64,000 nt of DNA from Eledone cirrhosa. Lineage: Eukaryota. Both the position numbers and the translations under genes were made by a program. The notes beneath the pieces were generated by a model. It did no database searches. It was given only the letters and a program-made list of their open reading frames with translations, and was not told the DNA's origin. Below, piece after piece: positions 34,334-49,330 of the stretch (positions are counted from its first letter, which is position 1; each line of letters opens with the position of its first letter). The stretch is taken from contig OZ024744.1 of NCBI GenBank assembly GCA_964016885.1, forward strand, positions 125,550,001 through 125,614,000. Direction: 5' to 3'.

Positions 34334-35212
34334 GTAGGTCACTGGTTGAGTCGGTATTAACCACAGTAACTAAGGTACTCAATACATATTAGATATAGGT
34401 GTCTTTCTAATTGCTGGCCTTGTTCATAAGGTATACACAAGTATGATGTGTGTCTGTTTAACTGTACGTGTGAAAACATCGCGAAATTGCGCCTTTTAAT
34501 ATTTGAATATAAACAGTTAAAAAATAATTATTTTAGTAATTTTTAAATATCGATAATGTGTATATAAATATTAGAAATCAATTTAATTAGTTCAGTAACA
34601 TTACTCGGAGTTAAGATAAACCTTCATTTGAAGAAATTCGAGATTTGACCAAATAAATAGATTATGTGATCAATAAAAAAAATATGTATACGCGCTTGAA
34701 CGACGGGTTGCAGACAGTCAGGCATACAGACACATATTTTAAAGCGTGCGACGTTAAAAGTGTTACTCTCTCTCTTTTTAGATAGATAGACTTAATTAAA
34801 GCAGTTTCACTCTCTCTATATTTCATCAGCTCTCTCTCTCTTAAATTGAAAGATTCATTAAGGCTGAAATAATCTAAACAGTAACATCATTTTTCGCCAG
34901 CTCTAGCTTGCGTCCAGAGATATACACACACATATATATATATTTTTTTTGTTATCGAGTTGAGCTTTGCCAAGCATAGAATTCCAAATTTGACCATCTC
35001 CACTGAAAATGTTCGTGAAATAGTCTTTAAGAAGCAATTTAATTTTTTCCAACTGAAACTGTAAGTATTTTAAAATTTATTTCAACATGGTCTTAAAAGA
35101 TTGTTGGCTTTTTTTAAATTCATAACTATTTACTATGAAATATAAATTATTAAATCCAATTTATTTGATAACCATGATTTGATTTTATAATTACCTGAAT
35201 CACGTTAACATG

Positions 35213-35255
<43 letters not shown>

Positions 35256-35515
35256 GTGTGTGTATATATATATATATATAATAATTGTTTCTACGTTACG
35301 CAGTGTATTACTGGTACTGTATTTTACGATATTAAATATTAAATATTAACTATTAGATATTAAATATTAAATATTAGATATTAGATATTAAATATTAAAT
35401 ATTAAATATGATATCCCTGAAATATATATAATGAAATAAATATGGTTTTATAAATGTAATTTCCATTTGTTTAATATCAAATATATATATATATATATAT
35501 ATGTATTTATGTATA

Positions 35516-35516
<1 letters not shown>

Positions 35517-35596
<80 letters not shown>
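35517..35596. repeat. (CA)n microsatellite, ~40 units
   Basis: Directly visible. Confidence 0.97.
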
Positions 35597-35599
<3 letters not shown>

Positions 35600-35825
35600 G
35601 CAGACACAGACACAGAATATCGTATATATCACACACACACAATTAAGACTTGACGTGTTGCAGACAGCCAGACATACAGAGAGATATTTTAAAGCGTGCG
35701 ACCTTAAATGCCTTACTCTTTCTCTTATCAAAAGAGAAAGAGTAATGCTAACACTTACGTCTACTTCACGCTCTCTTGAACCGTTACAGAAATTGCATCA
35801 CATCTAATTATAACTTTGTACGTTT

Positions 35826-35826
35826 G

Positions 35827-35860
<34 letters not shown>

Positions 35861-35863
35861 TAC

Positions 35864-35959
<96 letters not shown>

Positions 35960-35992
35960 GTGTGTGTGTGTATATATATACACACACACGTG

Positions 35993-36054
<62 letters not shown>

Positions 36055-36105
36055 AATACACACACACGTGTGTGTGTATATATATATATATATACACACA
36101 CACAC

Positions 36106-36188
<83 letters not shown>

Positions 36189-36278
36189 CACACACACGTG
36201 TGTGTGTATATATATATATACACACACACACGTGTGTGTGTATATATTTATATATATATATATACACACGTGTGTGTG

Positions 36279-36323
<45 letters not shown>

Positions 36324-36327
36324 GTGA

Positions 36328-36358
<31 letters not shown>

Positions 36359-36455
36359 CACGTGTGTGTGTGTATATATATATATATACACACACACGTG
36401 TGTATATATATATATATACATATATATATATACACACACACGTGTGTGTGTATAT
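35826..36455. repeat. Compound (TA)n/(CA)nCG(TG)n microsatellite flanking the CR1 3' tail
   Basis: Directly visible; same type as 39583-39853 on the other flank. Confidence 0.95.
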
Positions 36456-39400
36456 AATAATAATAATAATAATGAAATGATTGTGTACAGTGCTCAGGTG
36501 CACTACAACTCATCAAAGGTGCATGTATAGTACATAGAATAATGTACAAACATCAGTAAAATGAACAGTGCACACATGTGTGCATGTGTATGGAAGGGGC
36601 ACATCAGGTGTAGTTTTGGCGTATTTCGGGAAGCATGAGTGTCTTAAAGGATGCAGTGTCTCGGCAGCTAACAATTGACGCAGGCAGTTTGTTCCATGTT
36701 TCAGCAACTCTGAGCGTGAAAAAATGTCTGCGAAAGTCATGGGAGCTGTGCTGTTTTCTTATCTTGTAGGCATGTCCACGTGTGTTAGACACATGGAGAT
36801 CAAAGAGGCGCTCAGGGTTGCAGTTGGCGAGATGGTTAAAAACTTTGTGGGTATTCACCAAGTCCACTGCCAGATGTCGGAGCTTCAATGAATCCATGCC
36901 CAGGGAAGCAAGGCGTTCAGAGTATGGTAGGTGTCTGATGGAGGGTATGCGCTTGGTTGCACGTCTCTGAACAGCTTCCAGGAGGTCAATGTTCCGAGCA
37001 AGATAGGGGTTCCAGACTGATGATGCGAATTCCAAGTGTGGTCGCACCATAGCTGTATACAGTTTTAAATAGATGGCTGGAGAGCGGCTAACAAAGGTCT
37101 TGCTGAGTGATGCCAAGACACCCTCGGCCTTCTTGACAATCTTAGAGACATGCTTTGTCCAACGCAAATCGTTGCCGACAGTAATGCCCAGGTCACGTTC
37201 ACAAGAGGACTTTTTGATGTCAGTGTTGTGGAGGGAGTATGTGGACGCTGGATTTTTCCTTCCAAAATGCATGGTGGTACACTTGTCCACAGCCAGCTTC
37301 AGTTGCCAGTCTGTGATCCATTGCTGCATTGTGTCCAGGTCTGATTTTAGGAAAGAGTTGTAAATTTCAGGATCAGTCCTTTTGATTTCAAGGTACAGCT
37401 TGATGTCATCTGCATATTTTAGTACCGTGGCATTCTGTAAGTTGGCATCTATGTCATTAATATATGCCACAAACAAAAGAGGACCAAGAACAGATCCCTG
37501 TGGTACACCAGATGACATCTCATATGGTGAAGAATGCTGTCCTAGAACCGTGACTACTTTCCTTCGGCTGAGAATGAAGGATTTCAGCCAGTCGAAAAGA
37601 TCATCCCTCACACCCATTGCAGAGAGTTTTGCCATAAGTCTTTTGTGTGGCACAGAATTAAAAGCCTTAGCAAAGTCAAGGTAAACAACATCCACCCATG
37701 AGCCGCTGTCAGTGATCCGGGTGATGTCCTCAAGGAACTCGATAAGCTGATCACAGCAGCTGGAGTTAGGGATAAATCCAAACTGTGAGGGCCGGATGAG
37801 GCTGTGAGAGCTCCAGAAGTTCCAAAGTGTTTCTCTGACACAGGATTCCATCAGTTTGGCCATACAGCTAGTAAGACTGACTGGACGATAGTTGACAGGT
37901 GACATGCGGTTGCCCTTTTTGAACAGGGGAATGACACTGGCAGTTTTCCACTGCTCCGGAGTAGCACCATTGCTGAGACAGTATTGAAAGAAAAAAGAAA
38001 GCTGGCGCAAAAGGAAATCCCCGCCACGTTTGAGAAGCAGGTATGTCACACCATCAAGACCAGGGGAGGCATAGTTGCGCTTATTCTTAAGGTGACGTCG
38101 CAACATTGCAGGTGTAAATTCCATAGTTGTTATGGAATTTGATGTTAGAGATGGTGGAGATGGTACATTCTGGTTTTCAACAGTAAAAATACTTGCATAG
38201 CACTCAGCAATGAGTTCTGCGCATTCCTTGGGATCGTCAGTGATCTGGCTTGTGTGGGGATTGCGAAGAGGACCAACTGGAGAGTGAGGTCTCTGCTTTG
38301 AATGAACATATTTCCAGAACACCTTACTGTCAGGATTGGTTGCGATGCACTGTTCAAATTCAAGCACTGCCTTCTTTGTCACTTGCTTGAGATGGTTAGA
38401 AGATTTATTCCGCTTTTTTCTGTTGGCATCTGATCTATGCAGTTTATATTCCCGTTCAGCGTTCCGGACGTTCTTTCCTGGCAAGTCGGACTGCTGAAGT
38501 TTCCCAGATTGCACTTTTGGGGTGGTTATTTTTCCGCTTCCGTGGCACTGATGCTGCACACGCTATCCATATTGAGTCCAGGATGCTCTGGAGTATAGAG
38601 TTCACATCTCCAGAGTTATACATCTCATGCCAGTTTGGGCGCTGTAGCTCAGTGCAGTACAAGTTCCAATCCGCCCTCTTCCAATCAAAGCAAGCAGATT
38701 GGAGATGGCTCTGGTTTTTGTTGCTGCCCTCAAGTGCCAGATTGGCAATGATCATAGCATGATCAGAGTCGCCTAGAGGTTCCTCAGTAGTACAACTGAT
38801 AACCACTTCAGGAGTAGTGGTGAAGATCAGGTCCAAAGTGTTGTCACCTCTTGTTGGAGAGGTGACTACTTGTGACCAGTTTGAGTCCAGCACTAGTTCA
38901 AGGAAATCGTTTGCACCCTGTGGCCAACGAAAGGTTTCCCAATCGATCTCAGGATGATTGAAGTCACCTGCAATAAACACATAAGTGGCTGTTTTCTTGG
39001 CAGCAACTCTGAGGATATCGCAAAGCTGTGTGTCCTGATGGTAGTTTGGGGGGCGATAAACAACACCAAGCAGAAGTGTTGACATGGTCATACGTATGTC
39101 ACAGAAAAAAAACTTCTTCCTGTGATTCGTTCAAATCAACGCAAGGAATTACCGAAAAGTTTGAACGAACGTAGACCATCACACCACCACCACGGCGGTT
39201 AATGCGGTCCTTGCGGAAAAGGTTGTACCCAGTAATGGTGAAAACCCCATCACAGAGTAAGGAATGTGCCCATGTTTCCGTGACTGTGATGAAGTCAGGG
39301 TCGATGCTTCTGACGTAGGATTCGAACAGATGTATCTTGTTGCATAAACTGCGAGCATTTAAGGACAACAATTTGTACCCTGCTCGCAGTCTATGATGGT

Positions 39401-39582
39401 GTGTAGAGGGTGGCAGGTTGTTCTGGTTTAGTTTCCCAGAGTTGTAGCAGTTTTTACATTGCCAGTTATTGTGGGTAGATCACACTCAGACCAGCTGGTA
39501 TCTCTCTTCCACGTTTCACCCGCCTTGACAAACCTCCAGATCTGCCCATCATCACGCAGACTGAAACTTTCATCTTGTGCTG
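36456..39582 (-). mobile_element. CR1-clade LINE, 5'-truncated within ORF1, full-length ORF2 with two +1 frameshifts, (ATT)n tail
   Basis: APE motifs (39371-38456) and RT motifs; C-terminal TRGH...RRHFF..RV..TWNKLP is typical of CR1; short 3' UTR; tail at 36456-36473. Confidence 0.93.
36604..38466 (-). pseudogene. CR1 ORF2 reverse transcriptase portion (open frame, separated from APE by a 1-bp insertion)
   Basis: SPGLDG, NYRPVSLTS, QFGF, YLDFAKAFNSVPH, GVPQGSVLGPLLF, KYADDIKL. The N-terminal ~30 aa of the 651-aa track ORF are out-of-frame filler. Confidence 0.9.
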
Positions 39583-39645
39583 TATATATATATATATACA
39601 CACGTGTGTGTGTATTTATGTATATATATATATATACACACACAC

Positions 39646-39687
<42 letters not shown>

Positions 39688-39802
39688 GTGTGTGTGTGTA
39701 TATATATTTATATATATATACACACACGTGTGTGTATATATATATATATATATACACGTGTGTGTGTATTTATATATATATATATATACACACACACGTG
39801 TG

Positions 39803-39833
<31 letters not shown>

Positions 39834-40222
39834 GTGTGTGTATATATATATATCTGTCTCTCTCCCTGTCTCTCACTCTCCCTCTATCCCCCCTCTCTCT
39901 CTCTGTCTCTCTCTCCCCCCCCCCCTCTCTCTCTCTAGTAGTAGAGAGAGACAAAGAGAGAGAGATATAAACGTATAACCCTAACCAAACCCTAACCCAA
40001 CCCTAACCCCAACCCTAACCCTAACCTAACCCTAACCCATCTCTCTCTCTCTCTCACCCCCTCTCTCTCTCTCTAGTAGTAGAGAGAGAGACAAAGAGAG
40101 AGAGAGATATAAACGTATAACCCTAACCCAACCCTAACCTCTCTCTCTCTTCTCTCTCTCTCTCTCCCCTCTCTCTCTCTATTCCCCCCTCTCTATTTCC
40201 CCCCCCCTCTCTCTCTAGTAGT

Positions 40223-40253
<31 letters not shown>

Positions 40254-42314
40254 TATAAACGTATAACCCTAACCCAACCCTAACCCTAACCCAACCCCAA
40301 CCCTAACCCATCTCTCTCTCTCTCTCTCTCTCTCTCTTTGTTTTTAACATTGTTTTGTTTTTCTTTTCTTTTCTTATTCAGATGACAAACGGCAGAGGAT
40401 ACAACAGAAGAAAAGAACAAAGATAATTATTATTATTATTATTACTATTATTATTTGTTTTATTATAATCAAAATATGCTGTTAGTTAGATCTGCATTGC
40501 GTACATTTTATATAATTTATGCCAGTTCCTTTTCTGCATATCGAACATGGCCATTTCCCTGACGGAATAGAGTTTTGTCCTCTTTCGTGACACAAAGTAC
40601 AGCCAGCGGCATCATTGCGGACAGACTTAATCCCGAATTGCACTGACACACTGCCTCGCAATACGGAACACCGCACGTCTTTGATCTTCTTCCCGTCGAT
40701 CAGCCTCCTTGCCATGCTAAGTACACCTGACGTCTAGCTTCTCTCTTAGCGGCGGCTTTATATTCTTCTCTACTCCCACTAATTTTCCAAGCATTCCATG
40801 CTAGCCTTTAGTCTCCAATGGCCCGATCTACCGTGCTGTCCCACCACCATGTCACTCTCTGTCTGGTTGGAACTCTGATCCAGCCACAAGTTTAATCAGT
40901 AGCCTGCAATAAGTTGTCACATAAGAAAATCGAGTTCTCATGTATGTCATACGACTGTGAATCGTCTTCTTTTTCGTCATACACATATTGAAGGGCTTTC
41001 CTAAATTTCTATTTTAGTGAAATCTCTTTTAGCTTCCAGACCTTTCTTTTTTCCACATCTTCCTGTATGTCTCAATCATACCTGGAGCTGTCCAACATGA
41101 CCATTGAAATCCCCTGCTAGCATAACGATGTCTCCGTCCTGTCATTGTGGCTGTTTGTAAAAATTGCTTGTAAATGAAGTCTTTCTTTTCTTTACCTAGC
41201 AGAAGCAATTAACACTAACCCAACTGTAACACTAACCCTAACACTAACTTATGCAGGCCTAGGTAAAGACAAGAAAGATAAAACAAGGAGTGATGCTTCT
41301 TGAATTTTGTGATGCAAGTGTTTTAACCATTTGCAAAACCAACTTCCACAAACCTGCCTCACTGCCGCCTAATAACCTACAAATCAGGCAAGCACAGAAG
41401 CCGGATTTCTCGGTAGTTAGGCAGCGAGACAGACAGATGGGGTGTGAAGTACCAGGGTGTGCCCCGGGGAGGAATGTTTCCCACAGCGTGGGTTGGTTGT
41501 TGGTGATGTCTCGGTTATCTTGAGACGGAGTGAGACGTGCAGGAATACTCTCACGGAATCGCCAAATGAGGTTTATTTTTCAACATAGTCCCTGGAATGA
41601 AACAATGTGGTTATTAAGAAGAATTGAAATTAATGTAAGATTTCACAGATCTATGATCAATCCTTCACAGTCAGCTTACAAAGTTTTCAGCCAAACCTTG
41701 TGTATTTCCAACATTTCAAACCCTATCTAGGACTACATTATCTAATGTACAGTACAGTAGTTAGTATTAGTGGCTATCAGACATAGTGTATCTAAATGCA
41801 ACATTTTTAACATTGTTTTTTTTTTCTTTTCTTTTCTTTTCTTATTCAGATGACAGACGGCAGAGGATACAATAGAAGAAAAGAACAATGATAATTATTA
41901 TTATTATTATTGTTGTTATTCCTTGAATCTCAGTCATTGATGTTGGTTAACTGGAAAGTCCGTTGGAATGAATATCAAGCCACTACCTGCAGCCTCAGAT
42001 ATTCAGGACGTATCGGAGGGTTCTTGCTGTTCCAAGCAAGCATGCCTTTTGAAGCGTTCCAAAAAGCGTGAAGGGGCCGATTTTCTTTAACCATCCCTGG
42101 AAACTTTTGGAGATGGACAAAAAACTGGAACACAATAGACCTGACCTGGTGGTTGTGGACAAAGAAAAAAGATCGTGTCTGATTGTGGATGTGGCCTGCC
42201 CGTTCAACACGAGAGTGCAAGAGAAGGAGAGGGAGAAAATTAACCGATACCAGGACCTAAAGTGGGAGGTGAAAAGGATTTGGAACTTCCATGAAGTCAA
42301 AGTGATCCCGATTG

Positions 42315-42355
<41 letters not shown>

Positions 42356-43867
42356 TATTATTTGTTTTATTATAATCAAAATATGCTGTTAGTTAGATCT
42401 GCATTGTGTACATTTTATATAATTTATGCCAGTTCCTTTTCTACATATCGAACATGGCCATTTCCCTGACGGAATAGAGTTTTGTCCTCTTTTCTACTCA
42501 TCAACACTCATTCGTGACACAAAGTACAGCCAGCGGCATCATTGCGGACAGACTTAATCCTGATTTGCACTGACACACTGCCTCGCAATACGGAACACCG
42601 CACGTCTTTGATCTTCTTCCCGTCGATCAGCCTCCTTGCCATGCAAAGTACACCTGACGTCTAGCTTCTCTCTTAGCGGCGGCGGCTGTATATTCTTCTC
42701 TACTCCCACTAATTTTCCAAGCATTCCATGCTAGTCTTTAGTCTCCAATGGCCCGATCTACAGTTTCTGTCTCAACTCGTCTATGCTTGGTCGTTCCCGC
42801 ACATTGACATTGCACATCCAACGGAGCATGCTTGCTTCATTTCTCTCCAGCCGTCGCATGTCCTCTGCAGTTGCTGCCCGTGTCTCACTACCATGCAGCA
42901 TCGCGCATCTAAACCTGGCCCTTACCCTAACCCCAACCTCTTTGGTTTTCGTTTTCTCGACGGCTAGCCGCATTTCGTGATCCGCCTTTCGATTGCGCTT
43001 CCGTCGCGGCAAAAGAATTGCCTTTCCAGACCGCCGTCGCCCGACCGGACCCATGATAGAAGACGTTCGTTACCGTTGGAGCAACGCAAATTACTCCTCG
43101 GTTGACGCCAAAAACGAACGCCTTCCCGCCTCGCGCCGCCTTCTCCTCGCCGACCCTCGGCCTCGACGATTAGCCACTTTCCGTCACAGCAGTAGATACG
43201 CGTCCGTCGTAATAGCCGTCATTTTAACGCAGGAGAAACGCCTAATTGCCCTGCACCGCGTTTGACGGCGATCTACGACGGCGACGATGCGCGCACTCTT
43301 CCTTGCTGCGACGAAGGTTTCGGCTTTTCGTCGTGGACCCGGTCAGGTCATGCCGCTGACCTCGCGTTACGGCGACGCGAGAAGACGTTCGTTACCGCTG
43401 GAGCAACGCAAATTACTCCTCGGTTGACGCCAAAAACGAACGCCTCGCGCCACCGCTTCCTCCTCGGCCTCGACGATTAGCCGCTTTCCGTCACAGCAGT
43501 AGATACGCGTCCGTCGTAATAGCCGTCATTTTAACGCAGGAGAAACGCCTTGACGACGATATACGACGGGTCGACGACGCGCGCACTCTTTCTGCTGCGA
43601 CGAAGGTTTTGGCTTTTCGTTGTGGACCCGGTCGGGTCATGCCTCTGACCTCGCGTTGCGTCGCCACCGCCGCGGCGGGCTTGGGTTTAGCCGTAGCTAC
43701 CCTCGTTTTGCCAACGGCGACGCGAGAAGACGTTCGTTACCGCTGGAGCAACGCAAATTACTCCTCGGATGAGGCCAAAAACGAACGCTGAAGAGATATT
43801 GTCCATGGATATCGGGAATTTTACCCGCCCTAGATAGATAGATAGATAGGGATGTATGTATGTATGT

Positions 43868-43909
<42 letters not shown>

Positions 43910-44288
43910 GTATGTATCTTTCTCATTCTCTCTGTATGTATGTATGTATGTATATATATATAATTATATATTTATAGACATCCTGAAAGCTTTTTAAATG
44001 TCTGAGAGATTGGCTAAATATGTTTTGCAGGTATGACCAGTAAGAGAGAGGTAAGTTATTTCAAAACAATTCTTTGACCATTATTTTAAGGTACTATCTC
44101 AGTGTATTTTTAAATTGACCTCTTGATAGGATGAAATGACCTGTATAATTTTTTTCATATTTAGATGGAATAGAAGAAAAACAAGAAAAATGAAATGAAT
44201 TCAAACAGAAAATATACACCAATGCCAATGGAGGTATGATTTCAGTTTAATCTTAACCTAATGACCACTTTACAGAGTGTACTGGATA

Positions 44289-44369
<81 letters not shown>

Positions 44370-47300
44370 AGGAAGCTCCAACCGTTAAGGTTGTCTTTCC
44401 ATTTATTAATATATTGTGTATTTACTCCACTAAACTGTTGAGTGCTTTATATCAGTTATAAAAAAATTTCAGCTTGTTGAATCCCAAAATAGTTGTTGAA
44501 ACAGCCACAGCTCAGCCGTCGGGGTCCTGAATATTTATCATATATATATACGTATGAGTGTGTGTGTTTTGAGAATTAATAATTATATAAACAAGTTTGT
44601 AATGAACAATTTATTTCTTATCAAAACTGTATAAACATGATATTATTTACAGTAAGAATAACAATAATAATGATGGTTTCTAGTAAAGGTGGAAGGCCAG
44701 TAATTTGGGGGAGGGGAAAGTTGATTAAATCGAAGAGAGAAAGAAAGAAAAAACAGAACGGGAAGGAGAGGGGATGGCAAGAGGTCCGGTGTCGCAGGAG
44801 AGAGGGGAGGGTGGTTGAGCTTTGAGTCTAGGGCAAGAGGGCAGAAATGCTGCGCCCCACGGATAAGACGGCAAAAATATTCTCGCGGACGATGGCCAGA
44901 GATACCCAATGCAACAACCACCCAACCTCGCGGTGTTCCCTCCTCAGATGGGCTGCTGACTCTCCGATCTTTTGGAGGAGCTCGGCAGTACAAGGTCCAA
45001 GTACTCCTGGGGTCTCGACGTTGACTGGTGCAGAGAGGAAGTGGCCGGACAATCCTCGGTATTTGTTTATTTTACGTTCTTCTGCGAGGTGGGCTGCGAT
45101 GCCGGGGTTTGTGACCGAAACGACTTGGAAACGAAGTTGTAGGCGGAGATTGTGTCGTAGCTGGTGGTGTCCCAGATGAGGGACCTACGTCCTTCGAATG
45201 GGAAGAGAGTGATTCCGTCGGGGCGCTTGCCATCTCCGGGACCTGTTGGCCCCAGTTGTGATGGGAAGCCAGCTGCGTCCAGGCTTCTTCTCAATATGTC
45301 GTTGACAACGACGTGTATCTATTCAATAATTATTTGAATATTGAAATTTTAGGTTTAACTACCTTTTAAACCAAATACATTAAGAAAGGCATGACCAACA
45401 CCACATCATTTTTATTTCTATTTTGAAAGTAGGTTTATAAGTATTAAATTTCAGTAGATTCTTATATCCTTCATGGTGGTCTGGTGGGAGATACGAGAGA
45501 TGGTGGAGGTTCTGGTCTGGGGTTCAATCCTGCTCAGGAGATACTCTAAGGGGGTTCATACTAAACTTCTTCAGTGTTTCTTATCTCTAGAGACAAATAT
45601 ATATACATAAGGTAATCTGGTAAAGTTGTTAGAACATCACATAGAATTCTTTGTAGTATTTTTTCCAGTTCTTCAATCTGAGTTCAACTTTACTTTTCTT
45701 CCATTCGGGGTTGATAATAACGTACCAGTCAAATACTAGGGGTTAATTCTTCCTCTATATCTCTTTCTCACTCTCTGTCTGTTTTATTAAGACCTGGAGA
45801 GGTGATGTACTCTACCAGGTTTTATAATGAGTGATGGGGTCATACCTGCCTGCTACACCTCTGTGTACTAAGTGTAGCATATTATATCCTTGTTCAGGGC
45901 CTTCCTGACATTACTGTGTACTAAGGGTAGCATTTTATATCCTTGTTCAGGGCCATCTTAACATTGCTGTGTACTAAGTGTAGCATATTATATCCTTGTT
46001 CGGGGCCTTCCTGACATTAGTGTGTACTGAGTGTAGATTTTAACATCCTTGTTCTGGGCCTTCCTAACATTACTGTGTACTGAGTGTAGATTTTAACATC
46101 TTTGTTCAGAGCCTTCCTTACATTACTGTGTACTAAGTGTAGCATTTCATATACTTGTTCTGGGCCTTCCTAACGTTACTGTGGAAATAGTAGTTTATAT
46201 CCAATATGTAATATAGATATGGATTCTACAGGACTAAAACTCATTAATATGAGGGGTATTAGTAGATTATATGCCATATTTAATAGAGAAATGGCTTCTA
46301 CAAGACTAAAACTCATTAATATGAGGGGTATTACAGTTTATATGCCATATTTAATACAGAAATGGCTTCTAAAGGACTAGAACTCTTTAAATTGAATAAA
46401 ATAGTAGTATATATCCTATGTTTAATACAGAAATGCCTTCTAAAGGACTCATTAATATGAGGGTATTAGTAGATTATATAACATATTTAATACAGAAATG
46501 GCTTTTAAATTCAGGGACTCGTTAATTTGATGGAAATAGTAGTGTCTATGCAATATTTAATACAGAAATAGCTTCTACAGGACTAAAACTAATTAATATG
46601 AGGGGTATTAGTAGTATATGTGCCATATTTAATACAGAGATGGCTTCTAAATGGAGGTATCTCATTAATTCGATTGAAATGGTAGTGTATATGCAATATT
46701 TAATACAGAAATAGCTTCTACAAGAATAAAACTCATTAATATGAAGGTTATTATTACATTATATGCCATATTTAATACAGAAATCGGTTCTAAAGGACTA
46801 GAACTCTTTAATTCAAATCAAATAGTAGTATAAAGCAATATTTACTACAGAAATGGCTTCTACAAGACTAAAAATCCTTAATATGAGGGGTATTGTTAGA
46901 TTATATACCATATTTAATACAGAAATGGCTTCTAAATGAAGAAATCTCTTTAATTCGATAGTAATAGTAATAATAATAATAGTAATAGTAATAATACAGC
47001 CAATTTTCCACGCAATACTTTTAGTTAGCACCCCGAACGCATAATTGGGAATATAATCACTTATTTCCTAATGTTTGTTGAGTGAGTTGGGAAAAAAAAC
47101 TTGGGAAATATATTTTCAGGGTCTCAAAATCTTAAAGAGAAAAAAAAGTCCTGTGGAAGGTAGCAAAACAATTAGGAAGAAAATGGTTTGAAGTTGGTTG
47201 GTGAGTATAAGATTACAGTATCTTGTTGATTTCTATAAAGTTTACTTTTAACTGAATTGGTAAAAATGGATAAATTAGAAGACACAATATAATAACTAAT

Positions 47301-47614
47301 ATTGTCTTCTAAAACAGGGAATAAAAATATGTTGGTGTATTGGGGGGGGGGGGGGTAAACATGTGAGTTAATGGGAATGTTTTTGTTTGTTTTTATTGAA
47401 ACATATTCAATCTACAGATAGGTTGTTATAGTTATTTAGTCTCGGGTCTGCCATTATCTGCAGATTTATAATTGAGGGGTGTTCCAGGTGTGACCACCCT
47501 ACATTATTCCTAGAGATTGTTACTCCTTCATTCTTCAGTCATCTTGGTCTTCTTATGAGATGGTGGTGTAGTCTTATTTATTGTTAAGGTTATGGTCTTC
47601 CTTTGTCCACACTC

Positions 47615-47652
<38 letters not shown>

Positions 47653-49200
47653 AAAGGCTTCCTTCTCTGGAAAAAGATGATTTAATATTCACAACCATCT
47701 GTCTAATTGTTTTCTGATGAGAATAAAGTTAATCTTGCTTGTATGTCTACCTGATCAAATGACTGGCTGATATCTTGAAGTCATTTACACCACAGAACTG
47801 TAGGAGTCTTGATCCCTCAAGCCATACCTCTAGCCATCATGTACTCCAAAAGAGTCTCACCTTGGTGCTACTCAACATGTCCATTAAATTTAGCAGCAAG
47901 GATGCCCTCTTCTTAGTGAGAGACAACTACAAGAGAGGTTCTTAGAGAAGAATAAGCCACTATAGTTAACTTTTGTTGACATAGAGAACCCCGATCTGTC
48001 ATCTGGTGGTCCTTAAGGAAACTAGGTGTAGGGGAATGGCTTGTGAGGACAGTGCAAGCTATGTACAAGGGTGCTGTCAGTAAAGTGAGAGGAGGAATTC
48101 CAGAAACAAAGTAGGTGTACATCAGGGTTCGGTCCTCAGTCCGCTCTTGTTCATTATAGTCCTCCCTCCCTCCCTCCCTCCCTCCCTCCAAGCCATAACA
48201 GAGGAGGAGTAGTTTAAGACTGGATGCCCATGGGAACTTCTCTATGCTGACAATCTGGTTCTTATAGCAGAATCAGTAGAGGAGCTAGCTAGAGAATAAA
48301 TTCTGGCTATGGAAACAGCAGTAGTTGGAATCAAGAAGACTGAGAGTGAACCTAGCTAAGACAAAAGTGTTTATAAGTAGAAGAGAGGACAAAACTCTGA
48401 TTCTGTCAGGGAAATGGCCATGTTCGATATGTAGGAAAGGAGTTGGCATAAATTCTATGAAATGTAGTACGCAATGCAGATCTTGGCTACACAAGAGATG
48501 TAGTGGGATAGCAGGAAAACTGACTGACAGGTAGGGAGAAATACGTATGCAGTAGATGTACAGGGAAATTTGACAGAGATTGCAGTGATAGACACATTTT
48601 TCAAATGCAGGTGGGATCTATAGAGGGAGTTGATAGCTTCTGATACCTAGGTGATCAGATTAGTAAGGGAGGAGGGTGATATAAAATATATTGTTATCAT
48701 GACTGTCTTTATTATTTAAATTACCTCTGTCTATTTACAGATTTTACAGAGTGTACTGGGTGCTTTTATGATGGGAGCAGCAACTCTATACGATTTTACA
48801 GAGTGTACTTGGTGCTTTTATCATGGCACATGGCAGCAGCAGCAGCAGCAACTACGATTTTACAGAGTGTACTTGGTGCTTTTTACTCTGACATCAGCAC
48901 TGAGGAAGTTGTCATATTTTCAGCTAAATTAATGAGTAGAAAAACCAAGTTTCTGCTACAAAAAATTCTCAGATTCAAGGGAGACATTCAGTTTAAGTAT
49001 GGTATACTGTCACTAAGGCAGCAAATTGGCAGAGTCGCTAGAATATCAGATAGCATTCTTTACATTATTTGTTTCAGCTCTCTGTTCTCTCAATTCAAAT
49101 CCTGCTCAGGTCAACTTTGCCTTTCATCCATACAAAATAGATTAATAAAAGTACCAGTGTATTACTGGGGTCAATTCTTCTTCTAACTCTTCTGCACTTC

Positions 49201-49330
<130 letters not shown>

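Larger units (their letters stand above)
1..38370. repeat. Tandem macro-repeat (segmental duplication) unit 1, ~38.4 kb
   Basis: CTTCTTTGTCACTTGCTTGAGATGG at position 1 recurs at 38371. ORF-track entries repeat at offsets 38371-38372 (e.g. 2111 and 40482). The unit boundary is arbitrary (window start). Confidence 0.97.
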
